From: the human T2T-CHM13v2.0 reference genome, Homo sapiens
Length of the DNA stretch: 64,000 nt
Reading direction: 5' to 3' (one strand)
NCBI RefSeq assembly: GCF_009914755.1
Contig: NC_060931.1
Position numbers and translations under genes: made by a program. Every line of letters begins with the position of its first letter. The stretch's first letter is position 1. Shown here piece by piece: positions 37,183 through 51,342 of the stretch. The notes below the pieces were generated by a model that searched no databases, was not told the origin of the DNA, and saw only the letters and a program-made list of their open reading frames with translations.

Positions 37183-37908
37183 TTTATTTTCCTTCAACTT
37201 TTATTTTAAGTTCTGGGGTCCATGTGCAGGATGTGCAGGTTTGTTAGATAGGTAAACATGTGCCATGGTGGTTTGCTGCACAGATCAACCCATCACCTTG
37301 GTATTAAGCCCAGCACCCATTAGCTATTCTTCCCAATGCTCTCCCTCCCCACCCCCAACAGGCCCCAGTGTGTTGTTCCCCACTATGTGTTTATGTGTTC
37401 TCATCATTTAACTCCCACTTATAAGTGAGAAAAAGCACAGGTATCTTGGAACCCAAAATAATACACAATTTAGGCCGGGCGCGCTGGCTCACACCCGTAA
37501 TCCCAGCACTTTGGGAGGCCGAGGTGGGCAGATCACGAGATCAGGAGATTGAGACCATCCTGGCCAACATGGCGAAACTCCGTCTCTACTAAAAACACAA
37601 AAATTAGTCAGTTGTGGTGGTGCATGCCTCTAGTCCCAGCTACTCTGAAAGGCTAAGGCAAGAGAATCACTTGAACCGGGAGGCGGAGGCTGCAGTGAGT
37701 CGAGATCGCATCACTGTACTCCAGCCTGGGCGACAGAGAGAGACTCCGTCTCTAAAATAAATAATAAATAAAATACAATTAAAAAAATTAAATGAAAATA
37801 AGATAAAAATGTTAAAATAGACCTGTCATGAAAAAAAAAAAAGGTGAGAACATGTGGTGCTTGGCGTTCTGCTCCTGTGTTAGTTTGCCGAGGATAGTGG
37901 CTTCCAAC
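37183..37908 (-). mobile_element. L1PA 3' end nested in the retrocopy UTR
   Basis: ttttattttaagttctggggtccatgtgcagg...ctcccacttataagtgagaa//catgtggtg. Confidence 0.8.
37473..37790 (+). mobile_element. AluS (Sc-like)
   Basis: Alu consensus. Confidence 0.9.
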
Positions 37909-38431
37909 TAAAATCCATTGTGGCGCTGGTTTTACAAATCTGTGACTCTCGTCTGGCTACACTGGGGCTACACCCCGGCACTGCTGCAGCACTGCTCCCC
38001 TGGCTCCTCCCCTGCCCCCGCACCTGCCTTAGCTGCACTCTTAACTACAGCGGGACAGTTACCTGTTTCATGTCCTCCTTCCACTTATATTTGTCCATGT
38101 CTGGACTTGACTGGCTGTTCCCTGCAGCCTCTTGCTGGTGAACTTTTCCTGAGTGTGATGTAGCCAGAGACACTGAGGGTTAGCCCAGGAGCCCAAGGCC
38201 AGGCTCTAGCCCATGGAGGAGCTTAGGATTCTTGTTTGAGGGGTTTTGGTGATGTTGGAGGAACATTCCCCAACTCACTGCCCCCATTCCTTTTTGCTTC
38301 TAGTCTGGAGCTCTGGACCAAGACCCTGGTCTTGGTCAATTTTTAAATAATTTCTCAACAATGTAACTTGTAGATCTGTGTGACATCTACAAAGCATCCA
38401 ATAAAGAAAGAGGAAACAAACAAACAAAACC

Positions 38432-38522
38432 CTGCACATCCACTAAGCACCACTGAATTGTGCACTTTAAATGTGTGAATTTTAGAGTATGTGAATTCTA
38501 TCTCAACAAAGCTGTTATTTAG
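38432..38522 (+). mobile_element. L1MB 3' terminus, right part
   Basis: caccactgaattgtgcactttaaatg...gtatgtgaattctatctcaacaaagctgtt. Confidence 0.75.
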
Positions 38523-38692
38523 AAGAGGAGGAGGAGGAAGAGGGGCAGGGAGAAGAGGAAGAAGAAGAAGGAGGAGGAGGAGGGGGGAGGGAGGGAGGGA
38601 GGAGGAGGAGGGGGAGGGAGAGGGGGATAGGGATGGGGATGAGGGAGGGGGAAGAGGGGGATGGGGAGGTGGGAGGGGACAAGAAGGGAAAA
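38522..38692 (+). repeat. GA/G-rich purine tract
   Basis: Direct reading. Confidence 0.9.
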
Positions 38693-38946
38693 AACAAGAT
38701 GCTGTAACTGTTCCACCAGCCAGGCCTCTTTCCTCACCCCATCCTATAGTGGCCCTGAAACCATCTCTACAGGCCCCTAGAACTCTATGGAAAGTTACTG
38801 AAAAAGCCTGTTCTAGTCCAAGTTTCTGCTTCTCAAATGTAAACCAAGTCTCTGGATTTAAAAGTGCAAGGCCCTGCATAAACCGAAGGTCTCACTGATG
38901 AGACCGGGGCATGTCTCAGGGGAGAAGCTGCTTGTCCGGGTCTTAC

Positions 38947-39090
38947 CGTCCATGTCCAAGCGCTGCATGATGATGGCCAGCTCCACCTCGCTTGGCATGT
39001 ACCCCAAAGAGCGCATGGCCATGCCCAGCTCCTGCTTGGAGATGAAGCCGTTCCCATCCCGGTCCAGAACCCGAAAGGCCTCTCGGATTT
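38947..39090 (-). CDS. CALN1: Internal coding exon of calneuron-1 (EF-hand Ca2+ sensor)
   Basis: Minus strand reads tccattgtAG|AA ATC CGA GAG GCC...ATG GAC G|GTaaga. It translates as (E)IREAFRVLDRDGNGFISKQELGMAMRSLGYMPSEVELAIIMQRLDMD(G), with canonical EF loop DRDGNGFISKQE. The residues RVL, GMAM, PSEV and LAIIMQ match CALN1 rather than paralog CABP7 as I remember it. 144 nt, phase 1-1. Confidence 0.96.
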
Positions 39091-39221
39091 CTACAATGGA
39101 AAAGCAAAGAAAGTCCAGTGGTCACATGGCTGGCTTTATTGCACTGCAGTTATTGGTGATTGCCTACTGAGAACTCCTAACTGCTTTAAAAACAGTGATT
39201 TGTTAAAACTCTTTAATCAGA

Positions 39222-39997
39222 TAAAAGGGAGGACAGAAGAAGAACACAAGAAAAGAAACGAAGAAAAGAAAAAGGAAAGAGAAAAAAGGAAATGGAAGGG
39301 AGAGGAGGAGAAGGGAAAATGAGAGAGGAAGAAAAAGAAAAGGAAAGGGAGAAAGGGAGAGAGAAAAAGAGGAAGGTGGAAGGGAGAGTGGAAGAGAGGA
39401 ATGAAGGGAGGAAAAAAGAGAAAGAAGAAAGGAAGGGAGGGAGGGGGAAAAGGGAAGGAGGGAGGGAGAAAGGAAGGAAGAAAGCAAGGGAGGGAGGAAG
39501 GAAGGGAGGGAGGAAGGAAGGGAGGGAGGAAGGAAGGGAGGGAGGAAGGAAGGGAGGGAGGAAGGAAGGGAGGGAGGAAGGAAGGGAGGGAGGGGAGGAA
39601 GGGAGGGAGGAAGGAAGGGAGGGAGGAAGGAAGGGAGGGAGGAAGGAAGGGAGGGAGGAAGGAAGGGAGGGAGGAAGGAAGGGAGGGAGGGGAGGAAGGG
39701 AGGGAGGGGAGGAAGGGAGGGAGGAAGGAAGGGAGGGAGGAAGGAAGGGAGGGAGGAAGGAAGGGAGGGAGGGGAGGAAGGGAGGGAGGGGAGGAGGAGG
39801 GAAGGAAGGAAAAAAGGAAAGAAGAAAGAAAAAGGAAGGAAGGAGGGAAGAAAGGAACGCAGGCAGACAAGGAAAAAAAGAAAAAGAAATGAAGAAAGGG
39901 AGAAAGAGAGAAAGAAAGAAAGGAAAGAAAGAAAAATAGAAAGAAAGAAAGAGAAAAAAAGAAAAAGAAAGAAAGAAGGAGGAAGGGAGGGAGGAGG
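39222..39997 (+). repeat. About 770-bp polypurine tract with a core VNTR of (GGAAGGAAGGGAGGGA)n
   Basis: Direct reading; 16-bp unit at about 39490-39790. Confidence 0.95.
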
Positions 39998-40897
39998 CAG
40001 CTCGACCTGAGCATCCTCCAACTCTGGAGGAGGCACACAATTAGATGGTGGTCCCAGCAGAGAATCATGTTAACCAAGGACACTTTCTGAGCAAAGATGA
40101 GGATTTGGTTTCAGCTGTGAGGAGAAAGCTGCCTCTTAACTGCAGTCCTCAGGAGGAAAGGAGAATGCAGCTCCCCTCTGCAGGCATATTTCAGATCCCT
40201 GCTGCTGTAGGAGCTGTGCAGAAAGCTCTTCCAGCCTCATAGGAGGAGAAGAGTTAAGTATCCGGCTGTTTTTGACTCATTCTCCTAATTTACAGGTGTT
40301 TTGTAGATATAAACAACCTCAGATCAATAAGAGCATCGTGAAAACTCAAAAGATGCCTTTAATCACTTTGCCCCTGGGCTAGCAGAGAACTTGACTCTGC
40401 GGTCAGCAAGGGCTGTTTCACTTGGCAGGCAATCTCTCCTCTTCCCCTAAACCAGAGTTGCTCTAAATTCCACCCAGAGTCCCCTTCTCCAGAGCCACTG
40501 CAGCTGTCAGTCCTGGATTGGATGTATAACACAAGGAATTGGAGGTCACAGTGTGAAGATGAAAGGTTCGTTAATTGTTTCTGAGCACACCAGACCTAGA
40601 GCAGCTTTGACTTTTCATCAATAAACCCAGTGCAAGCCCAGATATGTCAGCTGCCATTATTCACCATGCCACGCTAGTTGATAGAAAGTCAACTAGTATT
40701 GACTTTCTATTCCGTGAGAAGCACAGTATTAATAAATACGGAAAAATAAAAATGATCCACCAGGCATTGGGGTTCTCCCACTCAGCTCGACTCCACTCAG
40801 GATGGTAAGATGCATGCAGAAACCTTCTATCACTCTTCAAACGCATACAAGCCCCTCGGTTCTGACTCATTTACTTACTACCGCACTGAATATCTGA

Positions 40898-41341
40898 CCA
40901 TGCCCTGGCATGATCATTACCACAAACTTGGTGATTTAAGACAATAGAAATCTATTCTCTCACAGTCTGGAGGCCAAAATTCCAAAATCAGCATCATTAG
41001 ATCACAATCATGATGTCAGCAGAGCTGTGCTCCCCGTGAAGGCTCTAAGGGAAAATCCATTTGTCTCTTCCAGCTGCCAGAGGCTGCCAGCATTCCTTGG
41101 CTTGCAGCCCCATCACTCCAATCTCCATCTTCTCCTCTTCTGTCTGTAATTCTCCCTCTGTCCTGCTCTTAAAGGACACTTCTGTTTGCATTAGGGACCA
41201 CTCAGATAATCCAAGATAATCTCCCCATCTCAAGATTCTTAACTTCATCACATCTTCAAAGACTTTTCTGTAAGATAGCATTTATAAATCTCAGAGATTA
41301 GGATTTGATATCTTTGGGGGCTGGTTTTGAGATTGCTACAC
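40898..41341 (-). mobile_element. MLT1 (MaLR) solo LTR
   Basis: gtctcttccagctgccagaggctgccagcattccttggcttg...ataatctccccatctcaagatt. Confidence 0.8.
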
Positions 41342-41424
41342 TATTGCATCCAGTGCTTCTGCCTAAAATATCTTCCCTTCTTCTTTTCCCTGCCCAAAAT
41401 TATATCCATCCTTCAAGGTCAAGT

Positions 41425-41818
41425 GTGGATGCTAAAGTGACTCCATCTTGGATGCTAATCTGCCATGTTGACTTCTGACAAACTCTAATTCTGGGAATGC
41501 CTCCCAAATTTCTATGTTATCTACTGTTCCTTGTGTAAGACCTTGTTCTTACCATACACCCTGCCCTTAGGCAGACTCCTGCCTTTCCCTACAATCGTCT
41601 ATACATTCCTTCCCTATGATATATAAGTCCTGGGTCTGGTAGGTGATGGCTGGGGGCATCCACCATCTTGTCTCACCATGCCGCAAGACACAGACATAGC
41701 CCAAGTCCCTATTAAATGTTTCTTTCTGACAAGCTAGATATATCAGCCTCTTTTTTCAGCCTCTCAGCTTCCTTGGACTTTGGGAGTAAGTTTGCATGGA
41801 CTTGCCCATTGCAAAACA
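41425..41818 (+). mobile_element. MER31-like ERV1 LTR
   Basis: tgctaaagtgactccatcttggatgctaatctgccatgttgacttctga. Confidence 0.7.
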
Positions 41819-44399
41819 CCAAACCAGGGGTCATGGATTCCGCAAAACTGTCTTTGCTCACCATAGCCAAGTTATCTCCCTTTCTGCTGACTGTTCACAG
41901 CAGGTCATTCATTCCTTTCTTGTGACATCCAGCATACTCCATCTAGAAATACTACCATTGGCTTCTTTTCTGAGCGGTAAGCACCTCCTACCCTTCTTTC
42001 ATCTTAGTGTGTTCCCCGCCCACATTGTAGGAGGCGCTAGACAGATAGCTGTTCAAGGGATGATGAGTCTGAATGGGTAAGGATCATATATTAGTAGTAA
42101 ATTCATTATCAATACTAATCCAGCATGCTGAATTCTTTCTGGGAAGAATTGTGGGCCCCAGCAGAGAGAAGACCACCCTGTGCACCAGGACCCTAGGCTC
42201 CCAGCCAGGCGTATTAGCTAATTAGGTCCACGGCCAAACCCTGGAGGCCTCAGTTTGTTCATGCGTAAAATGAGCTGTGCTGGCTGCATGGATCCCTCAG
42301 GTCCTCCAGCCCTTCTTTCTGTGCATCCGTGGACATCGTTGAAGTGTTTAAGTGAAGAACAGGAAGCCTGTGTTCTCTTACACACCCTATTAATCTGCTG
42401 TTCAACACCTCCTCCCCTTTCTTTCCATCAATGGTATAGAAACAAATTTTAGTCCAACCCAAATTCTGAATCAAGGCGTTTGTCTGCATTTTGAGCTTTT
42501 CCCATCAATGAAATATGCCCAAGGTTACCTAAAACAGCCATATGTTTTCCTACCAAGTCCCGACTGGCCTGGAAGGAGCGTGGAGCCACTACTCAGCTTG
42601 AGGTCATGGCACACTGTGCTCAAGGACACTGTGGTGGAGGACATGGCCTCATGTGGCCTGAGCTCAGATCCCCAATTGCCAAGGATGGGAGGACGCAGAG
42701 GCCAGGCCTCCCGACGTGAGAGTCAGCCCATGAGGCAGCCAGCGCCAAGCGCCAGCTCTGCTCTGCAAGCTGGTGCAGCCTTCCCCCTCAGCCTCAATTT
42801 CCCCATCTGAAAAAATGGGTTAGGTGTGATGTCCTTCCAGCCTCTATAGCAGGGTTTTACACTGGGGCCAGGACATACGATGCAACAGTAGGAAGTGTCA
42901 GAGGATGACAAGGTCTGCGGCTGCAGTTACTGGATAGCCAGTTGTAAGCTAAGTCTTGCTCTTAGTTCTCCGGAAGGCTCCTTCCCAAGGCATCATCTCC
43001 ACTTCCCATTCCTTCTGACTCAATCCTGAACTCTCTGGGTTACTGATATGGCTGGACAGGGTGGGTCCCTTCCATTGACAGACCTTTGTTCCTGTGGTCT
43101 TCCTGTATGCCCTAGACCTTACAGGTAAGCATCAACCTACATCCTTACATTGGGCGACACCCCAGCGGGCCCTAGCTGGGGGTGTTTGAGAACATGGCCT
43201 GGAAATGAGGACCCGGACAGCTGAGCCTTTGGACCTCCGAGTTGCCCCACCTTTGGGGCTACTGGATTTAGCAAGTCAGACCATAGATGGAGGTCACTCC
43301 AGAACTTCCCTCCTCTAAAGGGACCTGCTCCTTCGAAGCCTTGAATGCCTGTGGCTTACTCTGTAGTCTGTAGCAAGGCTGGCCTCCTCCAACCAAGCCC
43401 AGGACAGCGCAGGCCACACATCAGCTCAGGGTTCTATTTTCTGTGGCATGCAGGTAAGTAGGACAAAGCTGTCCTTCTTTATTCTCTATTTGCATAGGGA
43501 GCTCCTGGCTCCCACGTAGAGAATTCGTGTGTGTGTCTATGTGAGTGTGTGTGTCTGTCTGTCTGCAGAAGCAGACAAACCTCACTAACTTTTTTTTTTT
43601 TTTTTCAAAATAGCAGAAACAGGAAAAAAAATACAAAACTAGAAATCCATAATAGGCACCTCTGGAGAGTTAATGTTTCTAGGGTAAGGAAAGCCCAGGC
43701 AAACCGAGGCTTATTAGAAGGAAATGGGTCTTGCAGTCTGGGAAAGACATGTGATGTGTGCCTCATTTTATTTTTAATAGCAAAACAGGGTGTGAAAAAT
43801 ATGCCCGTAAAACCCACGGAGACATTGGAACAGGCAGGATCCCTCTGGCTCTAGGAGGACGGCTCCCAGCATTGAGTGGGCTTTGGCCACTTTCCCATCC
43901 TTGGGAACTAGGGACCACAGATCAAGTTTTCAAGAACAGGCAGTAATGTTGTGTGCTTTTCACCGAAACGTACTCCTTCTTTGGCCTAAAGTCTCTGGTG
44001 CGCCAGGGCTACGTGAGCACGCTGTATCTTTGGTCTTTAATTAAACTTTACTCCTCCATCTCATGCAACACGTGCACGTTAGACACTAGTATGCCAATTT
44101 TAACCACCTCCAAGATGTCTTTGTGGGCCACAGAAATGCTCTCTGCAATGGTGATAGGAACCTGTCCAACTGTCATTGTGTGGAGTATGAAAGGACACGT
44201 GGCAACACGCATCGTCTGAAAGGACTCCAGTCTCTGCAAGCATATGGAGTCGCCCAGAATCAAAGTTGGCGTTCCCACAGGGATCTGAGCCCCTCCTCCC
44301 TAAAGGGAAGCAGAGAGTCTTGAGCCAAGCAAGGACTTGGAAAGAAATAATCCTGTTATTCAGCCCAAGAGATTTACTTCTCATTATGCTGGTAACTTA

Positions 44400-44983
<584 letters not shown>

Positions 44984-46015
44984 TCTCTTTTTTCTTAAAA
45001 AAAAGTCTGCATTGGGACCTAGTGCCCTCTGAGAATCAGGCCTCAGCTCCATGATGCTTCCTAATGACACAGCCAATTCCAGGCAGGAACAACAGCAAAA
45101 GCACAGCTATCGCAGGGAGGAGACTCATTTCTCAGGCATCAGATAAAGTCCAGACACCAGCCAGCATCGATATTAGTTGGCTGATGTTCTAGCTTTGAAG
45201 AATCAGGTGAAATTTACAGTACTAATTTGCCACCTCAAATTGGTAATGAAGAACAACAATTTCTCCTATCTCAGTATGTGTACGATGCAAAATCTGCTTA
45301 TTCTTCACAGAAATATATCTTCAGGAAGAATGTGGGTCTTCATTGCATAAAGTGATGGCTTTATTAACAAAGAAGATGCGTTGTGAGGCTAGATGGCATT
45401 GAGACACTGCAAAACTGGAGAAAGATGCAGTTCAGCGAGGCTAGGCAAGGCAGTTATTTAAAAGCTATGGAAATGCACCGGAAAATGTAAGATACAAACC
45501 TAGAGTTATTTATGCAAAGGAAGAAATTGGGCAGGGACTGAGCCTATGACAAAGAGATTTAGAAAGGTTTTCACCTTCTCTAAGAAAGGCAAAAAATGAA
45601 TATTTACAGATGATTAATAAGCCATTCATTCTGCAAAGAGTTGCTGTTTACTTATATGTCAGGGGCTGTGCCAGGATAGATAAGTAGCAAAAGAAACTTT
45701 CCAGGCTGCAATAAATCTGTATTACAGTTGAAGAGACAGAGAGGTGACCAGATGTTCATAAGCAAGAATGACAAGTGCTATAATACAAGTATACACAAAA
45801 TCCCACGGAGGTCGAGATGTTGAAGGGACAACTCTGAGGAAGGGCTGTTGGGGTTACGCTTGAATCTTTTAAATCTCAAGTCTATCAAGAGAAGGGTAAA
45901 CAGGCAGGGGTGGGAAAATGTGGCAAGACACGGGCATGTCTACAATTCTGGCTGCCCGGTGGGTGGAGAAACGAGAAACACTGAGAGATGAGAGTGGAGA
46001 ATTGCACTAGGGCGA

Positions 46016-46451
46016 TGCTATAGTTTGGATGTTTTTTCCCCAAAATCTCATGTTGAAATTTGATCTCCAGTGTTGGAGGTGGAGCCTAATGGGAGGCCTA
46101 TGAGCCATGGGGCCAGATCCTGCATGAACAGATCAATACTCTCTCTGGGAGGAGGAGGAGGGGTTGCATGAGTCCTCAATTAGTTCCTGCAAGAGTTGGT
46201 TAAAAGAAAAGAACCTGGCACCTCCCTCTCTCTCTCTTGCTTCCTCTCTTACCATGGGATCTTTGCACACACTGGCTCCCCTTTGCCTTTCTCCACGGGT
46301 AGAAGCATCCTGAGGTCCTCACCAGCAGCCAAGCAATTGCTGGTGCCATGCTTCTTATACAGTCCGCAAACCATGAGCCAAATATATATTTTCTATATAA
46401 ATTATCTAGCTTCAGGTTTTCCTTTATAGCAACACAAAACAGACTATGACA
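46016..46451 (+). mobile_element. MSTB-type MaLR LTR
   Basis: tgctatagtttggatg...ctcatgttgaaatttgat...gcaacacaaaacagacta. Confidence 0.85.
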
Positions 46452-46501
46452 GGCAATATTGCAATGGGCCTTCACAGCCATCTGGGCTCTACCCCGCAGG
46501 C

Positions 46502-46740
46502 CAGGGGTTGGCAAAGGATGGCCTGTAGCCAAGCCTAGCTCACCACCTTCTTTCACAAATAAAGTTTTATTGGAACACAACCATGCACATTTGTTTCTAT
46601 ATGTCTCCACTGGTTGTCTATTTTCTCCTGTTTTTGTGCTATACCAGCAGAATGGAGTAATTGTGACAGGAACTGTGGGGCCCACAAAGACTAAAATATT
46701 TATACTCCGGACTTTTCTTTTTAAAGTGTGTGACCCTTTC
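46502..46740 (+). mobile_element. MER58 (hAT-Charlie)
   Basis: caggggttggcaaa...aaataaagttttattggaacaca...tgaccc. Confidence 0.8.
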
Positions 46741-47032
46741 ATGTAGGCCACAGGGAGCTCCCAGTGGTTTTAAAATATATATTTTTTAAGGGTGAGATTT
46801 TTAGACCAAGAGCTCAGGCATCAGGGTGGCTACAGCTGGAATGACAAGAGATAAGAGGCTGTCACAGAGTCTAAGGGGAAGATGAGGAACTCAGAGCTAA
46901 GCCAGCATGGTGGCAGAGGACACTGTGGAAAGAAGAGTTTGAGAGACTTTTCAGAGATAGAGTGGATGGTGCTCAAGGAGAGCTCAGATGTCAGAGTCTG
47001 GGAGAGGGATGATTTGAAAGACAATGCTGGAG

Positions 47033-47142
47033 GGCTGGGCACAGTGGCTCACACCTGTAATCCCAGCATTTTGGGAGGCTGAGGTGGGTGGAACACTTGA
47101 GGTCAGGAGTTTGAGTCCAGCTTGGTCAACATGGTAAAACCC
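47033..47142 (+). mobile_element. Alu left monomer (truncated)
   Basis: Alu consensus. Confidence 0.88.
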
Positions 47143-47178
47143 AAGAAAGAAGTAAAGTAAAAGTAAAAATAAAAGTTG

Positions 47179-47242
47179 AAGGGAAGGGAAGGGAAGGGAA
47201 GGGAAGGGAAGGGAAGGGAAGGGAAGGGAAGGGAAGGGAAGG
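47179..47242 (+). repeat. (AAGGG)12 pentanucleotide repeat
   Basis: Direct reading: 12 full units + AAGG. Confidence 0.95.
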
Positions 47243-47640
47243 CAACACTGTAGTTTACGTGATGGCATTAACAACAAACAATTCAGGAGGGACTGCAGGC
47301 TGTCTTGGAGGGAAGTGAGGTTTGGCCACACTGAGGATAGGTGTCTGAGTGATACCCTGGTGATTGCTTCTAGCGAGCAGCTGCAAATACTTGGCAAGAG
47401 TTTGGAGACAGGTGATGCTGAAAATATGACAAGAATGGAAAATGGGGATAAAATGATGATCGCTGCATAGAAAATGCTGGTTTAATCCCAGGGAAGGCTT
47501 TAGTGTGAATGAGTTCTGATTTAATTACAACCTATCAGTCTGCAAATAATGATCAACTGACTTCAGAAATTAGGAAACATAGAGGTGAAAGGGACAGAGC
47601 TACGAAGGCAGAGGGAAGTGTGCTAGAAAAAGGAGGCTGG

Positions 47641-48182
<542 letters not shown>

Positions 48183-48304
48183 ATGGGCCACAGAAACAAG
48201 CCACTTAGATGGAGGGGTGGATACACTGCTGCTTTGTATAACTCACTTTTTAGCACCATCATCTCCACCTGGATTTTTTTTTTTTTACTTTTTCATGGAA
48301 AGAT

Positions 48305-48975
<671 letters not shown>

Positions 48976-49689
48976 TTTTTATTTTTTCTGGGCACACTTT
49001 TAAAAAGGGATTGTGACTCCTTAGGTGATTTGCTATTTGAGGTGTGACTGCATCTATTTCAATAAATACTCATTGAACGTGCCTCTACTCCAGGCTCAGA
49101 CTTGAAAAGAAGGCTCAAGTGAGACATGGCAGAGGCACGCCTGAGCCGAGCCCAGTCCTGAAGGCACTTCCTGCTTTTGTTTGTTGAAATGGAATCTTAT
49201 TTCACAAAGCATTTTAGGCAGTTTCAAGGACTTAAATGAGACTAGCCTGGACAACATAGCAAGACCCTGTCCCTGTCTTTTTAAAAAAAGGCTTAAGATT
49301 TACCTAAGGGAAAAACATGCACAGGAGCTGGAGGAGAGAAAGATGAAATAGAAATCTCTGAGGAAGTATACAGGGAGGTGAGATTTAGAGGCTGAGAGAG
49401 GCTGAGGCTTGGAGGAAGCATGGCAGAGAGGCCCTTCAAAGAGGGCACAACAGGGTACGGAAGCAGGAGGGGACTGAGCTGGGGCTTTGGGCTTCTCCTG
49501 GATGGCGCCATGCAAAAGGGCACAGCTAGCACTAGCGGCCAGCCATACCTCCAAGTTAGCTGCAAGTATTAATCTGGAACTAGTCACTGCATCTGTGCTG
49601 TTAAGATGAGAATCTAGTGTCGAACAGGACTCCTGTAAATCAGTAAATTACCCAGCCCAGATTCACCTTGGCCAGCTACCACCCAGCTA

Positions 49690-50574
<885 letters not shown>

Positions 50575-50597
50575 TTGCTTAAGAATGAGTCACTGTT

Positions 50598-51002
<405 letters not shown>

Positions 51003-51061
51003 CTACTATGCATCTCAGATGTCCCTGCATGTCACATTCCTGGCCTTTCTCATTACCTCAT

Positions 51062-51342
51062 AGCCAAAACCACATTTTTTAATTAAAACATGAATCTGAC
51101 TCCTTCCCTAGCTATCATTCTTAAAGAAGGGCATTTTTGTAACTTATTAAGTGGTGAAATTATACCAACAAACACTATCTCAGGTTATGAAAAATAATAA
51201 TTTCTTTCATGGTCAAAATCACATCTTTAATGGAAAAATTAAGTCAACTCCTTCCCTAGCTATCATACTGAAAGCAGAGCATTTTGGTAACTTTATGAGG
51301 TGGTGAAATTCTACTACTCAGGTCATGAAAAGTATTTCTTTC
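51062..51342 (+). repeat. Diverged tandem duplication, period about 149 bp
   Basis: actccttccctagctatcat occurs at 51098 and 51247; gtggtgaaatt and ctcaggt.atgaaaa occur in both units. Confidence 0.85.

Larger units (their letters stand above)
35975..38428 (+). pseudogene. ABCF2P2: 5'-truncated, partially processed ABCF2 retrocopy (penultimate exon part + retained intron + last exon + 3'UTR)
   Basis: 35975-36134 reads [12 protein letters not shown]/(frameshift)[40 protein letters not shown] (ABCF2 Walker B/H-loop region). GT at 36135 and AG at 36873 follow. 36874-37011 reads [44 protein letters not shown], matching the ABCF2 C-terminus. UTR-like sequence, AATAAA at 38400 and an A-rich tail follow. 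The P2 symbol is from memory and unverified. Confidence 0.88.

Noticed and set aside
38833-39170. Track ORFs overlapping the CALN1 exon
   Set aside because: They are wrong-frame or antisense readings. The real frame is bounded by splice sites and lacks its own start codon.
39490-39790. Regular 16-bp repeat array resembling CRISPR
   Set aside because: No unique spacers, eukaryotic context and no cas genes; it is a simple VNTR.
39203-40083. Long ORFs (163-288 aa) on both strands
   Set aside because: They are stop-free only because they run through the GA/CT simple repeat; the products are low-complexity P/S/L/F or G/R/E/K.
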